This document shows positions 61,268 through 64,000 of a stretch of 64,000 bases of DNA, in pieces. The DNA is from Clostridiales bacterium (GTDB lineage Bacteria; Bacillota; Clostridia; Saccharofermentanales; Saccharofermentanaceae). The notes under the pieces were generated by a model that saw nothing but the letters and a program-made list of their open reading frames with translations, was not told the origin of the DNA and searched no databases. Made by a program: the position numbers and the translations under genes. The DNA lies in assembly GCA_017513085.1 (NCBI GenBank), contig JAFWDK010000015.1, positions 96,001 to 160,000 of the forward strand. Reading direction: 5' to 3'. Position 1 is the first letter of the stretch; the number at the start of each line of letters is the position of its first letter.

Positions 61268-62371
61268 TTACTTACGAAGCGGCAGGATCAGATAGATAAA
61301 TTCATTTCCTTCTACAGGAACGATCAAAGAAGGTCCATTGGCACCGGAAAGTGTAAATTTAACCGACTCATCATCAATAGAACGAAGTGCATCCATAATG
61401 TACTTGTGATTGAAATCCACATTGATCAGTTCACCTGTGATCTGACACTTAACTTCTTCACGAAGATTACCAAGTTCTGTGCTGGAACGGATCACCAGTG
61501 TCTCTTCGTCTGTCATAGAAAGATTTACAGGACAACGACGGTCTTCCTTCTGAATAATAAGAGAAGCACGCTCTACAGCATTCAGAACTTCATCTTTGTT
61601 TACGATCATCGTTGTCGAGGAGTTACTAGGAATGATTGACTGATAAGCCATAAACTCACTATTGATCAGACGGGAAACAATACGGAATTTGCCAGTATCG
61701 AAAAGAATGTGGTTAGTAGAAGCATAAATAACTACTTCTGCATCCTTTCCAGTCAAAATACGTGCTGCTTCATGGAGAGCCTTACCTGGAATAAGGAACT
61801 TCATTGTCGGAATATCGTCTCCGATCTCTTTCTTACGGAGAGCCATACGATAGCCGTCGATTGATACAAGATTGATATTCTTTCCGTCAGATTCGAAAAG
61901 AGAACCATTCAGACCCGGACGTCCTTCATCCGTAGAAATAGCAAAAATAGTCTGATTGATCATATTTCTCAGGATCTCCTGGTTCAGGATGATCTTATTC
62001 TCATCACTTACTACCGGAATCGTCGGGAATCCTTCTGCAGAAATACCATTAATGGAAAATTTCGAATTACCACTCTCGATATCTATCATCATTCTCTCGT
62101 TAGAAGAGATTGAAACTTCTTCATCCGGAAGTTTTCTGACGATTTCACCGAAAATACGGGAAGGGATTACAATTGAGCCCTCTTCCATCACGTCAGCGTC
62201 AACTAATGCTTCAATACCTGTTTCCAAATCATATCCGGTCAGCTTTAATCCCTTGCTGTCCGCTTCAATTAAAATACCATCTAATATAGGTAAAGTAGAA
62301 CGAGTTGAAACTGCTTTCTGTACGATCGAGATCGCCTCTACAAGATTGTCTCTGGAACTTACAAGTTTCAT
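61268..62371 (-). CDS. dnaN: DNA polymerase III beta clamp
   Basis: 367 aa; LPILDG, DGYRMA, C-terminal LILPLR; next to dnaA. Confidence 0.97.
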   Translation of the reverse strand: MKLVSSRDNLVEAISIVQKAVSTRSTLPILDGILIEADSKGLKLTGYDLETGIEALVDADVMEEGSIVIPSRIFGEIVRKLPDEEVSISSNERMMIDIESGNSKFSINGISAEGFPTIPVVSDENKIILNQEILRNMINQTIFAISTDEGRPGLNGSLFESDGKNINLVSIDGYRMALRKKEIGDDIPTMKFLIPGKALHEAARILTGKDAEVVIYASTNHILFDTGKFRIVSRLINSEFMAYQSIIPSNSSTTMIVNKDEVLNAVERASLIIQKEDRRCPVNLSMTDEETLVIRSSTELGNLREEVKCQITGELINVDFNHKYIMDALRSIDDESVKFTLSGANGPSLIVPVEGNEFIYLILPLRK

Positions 62372-62399
62372 CGTTTTCTTTCCTCCATAACTTCTAAAT

Positions 62400-62812
62400 A
62401 AATTATCTCTATATATTATACAGGAAAATTACAAAAATGCTACAAATAATGAGGCATATAAGTGATAAAAATCCAAAGAATCTCTTGTATTTCAAGGCTT
62501 GAGAGTTTTCCACACTTTTCCACATTTAAAAAAATATGAAGAGATGACGGAAAGATGAAAAAACGCATAAAAACAAATAAAAACAACAAGAATATAAGGA
62601 ATTATTCATCTATATTATTATGTCGTGTGGAAAAGTGGTAAAAGTACTTATAAGGCTTACATTTCAAGCTTTTTTGTGTGTAAAAAGAGTTTAAAAACGG
62701 TGAAAAAGAAGAAGTGCTTTTGCACATGATAAACACAACAAAGTTATGCACATTTTATTAACTGGAAATCCTCTTGAAGTTTTCCACAATTCAACTAAAA
62801 AAAGTGGAAAAC
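62400..62812. other. oriC region (dnaA-dnaN intergenic DnaA-box cluster)
   Basis: AT-rich; TTWTNCACA boxes at 62506, 62516, 62626(rc), 62677(rc), 62718, 62744 and 62780. Confidence 0.88.
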
Positions 62813-62813
62813 T

Positions 62814-64000
62814 TTAAGTGAAAAGGCGCTTCTTTATAGACTCGACATGGACGAAAACTTCGTTGTCCGAATCTTTCACGCAGTTTTCAATTTTGTTACA
62901 AGCATGTAGAACAGTGGAGTGATCTTTGCCTCCAAAATACTCGCCTATCTTAGGATAAGTCATGTTTAATTCCGAACGGCAAAGGAACATACAGATCTGA
63001 CGCGGAACAAGGATATCCTTGCTGCGCTTGTTTGACATTATGTCATTAACAGTGATGTTAAAAGCACGGGCTACGACTTCTACTACCAGATCAGGGGTGA
63101 CCTGACGGGCCTGCTTAGGAGAAATCATATCTTTCAGAGCTATTTTAGCGTCATCCAATGTAAAAGAACCGGCCAGCATGCAGTAGGCGACTACAGTCTT
63201 GTAGGCTCCCTCGAGCTCACGGATATTGGATGCGAAATTAGAAGCAATATAGTCAATTACAGAGTCAGAAAGATGTGTATTATCTTCCTGCATTTTTCTG
63301 TTTAGGATGGCGATACGTGTCTCGTAATCCGCAGGCTGGATATCTACGATCAAACCGGATGAGAAACGCGAACGAAGACGCTCTTCAAGATAAGAGAGGC
63401 TCTGAGGCGGGCGGTCACAGGTCATGAGAATAATACTTCCGGAATCGTAAAGATCGTTGAAAGTATGGAAAAACTCAATCTGAATCTGTTCTTTTCTCTC
63501 CAGAAACTGAATATCGTCAATGAGAAGATAATCTGCATTTCTGTATCTTTCTCTGAATTCATCGTATTTTTGTTCCTTGATGGTTGCGATGAACTCATTT
63601 ACGAAACGCTCGCAATTTACATAGACAACTTTGGCGGAAGGCTTATGTTTTGTAACGTAATTGCCGACAGCATGCATGAGGTGTGTCTTACCTAAACCGG
63701 AACCACCATACAGGAAAATAGGGTTATATTGTTTTCCGCCTTCGGCAACAGAAACACAGGCTGCGTGTGCAAAACGGTTACCGTCGCCTACAATAAAAGA
63801 ATCAAAAGTATAGTTAGAATTTAATCTGGAAGCATTGGAGGAAACAGTCGGCATCTGCTCGAAAGAATCCTCATGGATCTTAGCAAGTGTAAAGTCGGAA
63901 CCCGGCAATTCAAGCTTAACTTCCATTTTCTTGCCGATTGCTACTTCAATACAGTTTTCGATCAGACTCTTCATCGGTTCTGTTTGTTCCAGGCTGAAGG
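62814..64000 (-). CDS. dnaA: Chromosomal replication initiator DnaA, 5' end beyond window
   Basis: YTFDSFIVG, GGSGLGKTHL, LLIDDIQF, RLRSRF, FGGKDHSTVLHAC; frame open to the window edge. Confidence 0.97.
   Translation of the reverse strand, partial: FSLEQTEPMKSLIENCIEVAIGKKMEVKLELPGSDFTLAKIHEDSFEQMPTVSSNASRLNSNYTFDSFIVGDGNRFAHAACVSVAEGGKQYNPIFLYGGSGLGKTHLMHAVGNYVTKHKPSAKVVYVNCERFVNEFIATIKEQKYDEFRERYRNADYLLIDDIQFLERKEQIQIEFFHTFNDLYDSGSIILMTCDRPPQSLSYLEERLRSRFSSGLIVDIQPADYETRIAILNRKMQEDNTHLSDSVIDYIASNFASNIRELEGAYKTVVAYCMLAGSFTLDDAKIALKDMISPKQARQVTPDLVVEVVARAFNITVNDIMSNKRSKDILVPRQICMFLCRSELNMTYPKIGEYFGGKDHSTVLHACNKIENCVKDSDNEVFVHVESIKKRLFT

Overview
Chromosomal, origin-proximal window of a Bacillota (Clostridia) bacterium. 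The gene order and hemicellulase/feruloyl-esterase content suggest an Acetivibrio/Saccharofermentans-like fibre degrader (inference). The right end (55.3-64 kb, minus strand) is core: partial dnaA, a DnaA-box cluster (oriC), dnaN, recF, remB, gyrB with an unusual acidic N-terminal extension, three parS sites, parA/soj, parB/spo0J and tRNA-Ser(TGA). Downstream of the tRNA lie about 55 kb of tightly packed, mostly co-oriented small accessory genes: GNATs, HADs, methyltransferases, hydrolases, regulators, a two-component system, an ECF module, an HTH-MNT/HEPN toxin-antitoxin pair, GH27, GH43 and CE4. An intact IS200/IS605 element (tnpA+tnpB, inferred target/TAM TTAT) interrupts a flavodoxin gene. 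The most striking unexplained structure is the scarring of the array. It includes genes with out-of-frame internal deletions, spacers that read as C-terminal stubs of lost genes, in-frame fusions of unrelated domains, and a diverged second copy of the tRNA-proximal MNT gene. That copy starts at a 16/17 copy of the tRNA terminator and switches downstream partner exactly at the ATG. No integrase or attC-like repeat was seen. All coordinates and alignments were read by hand; family assignments come from recognised motifs, not database searches.
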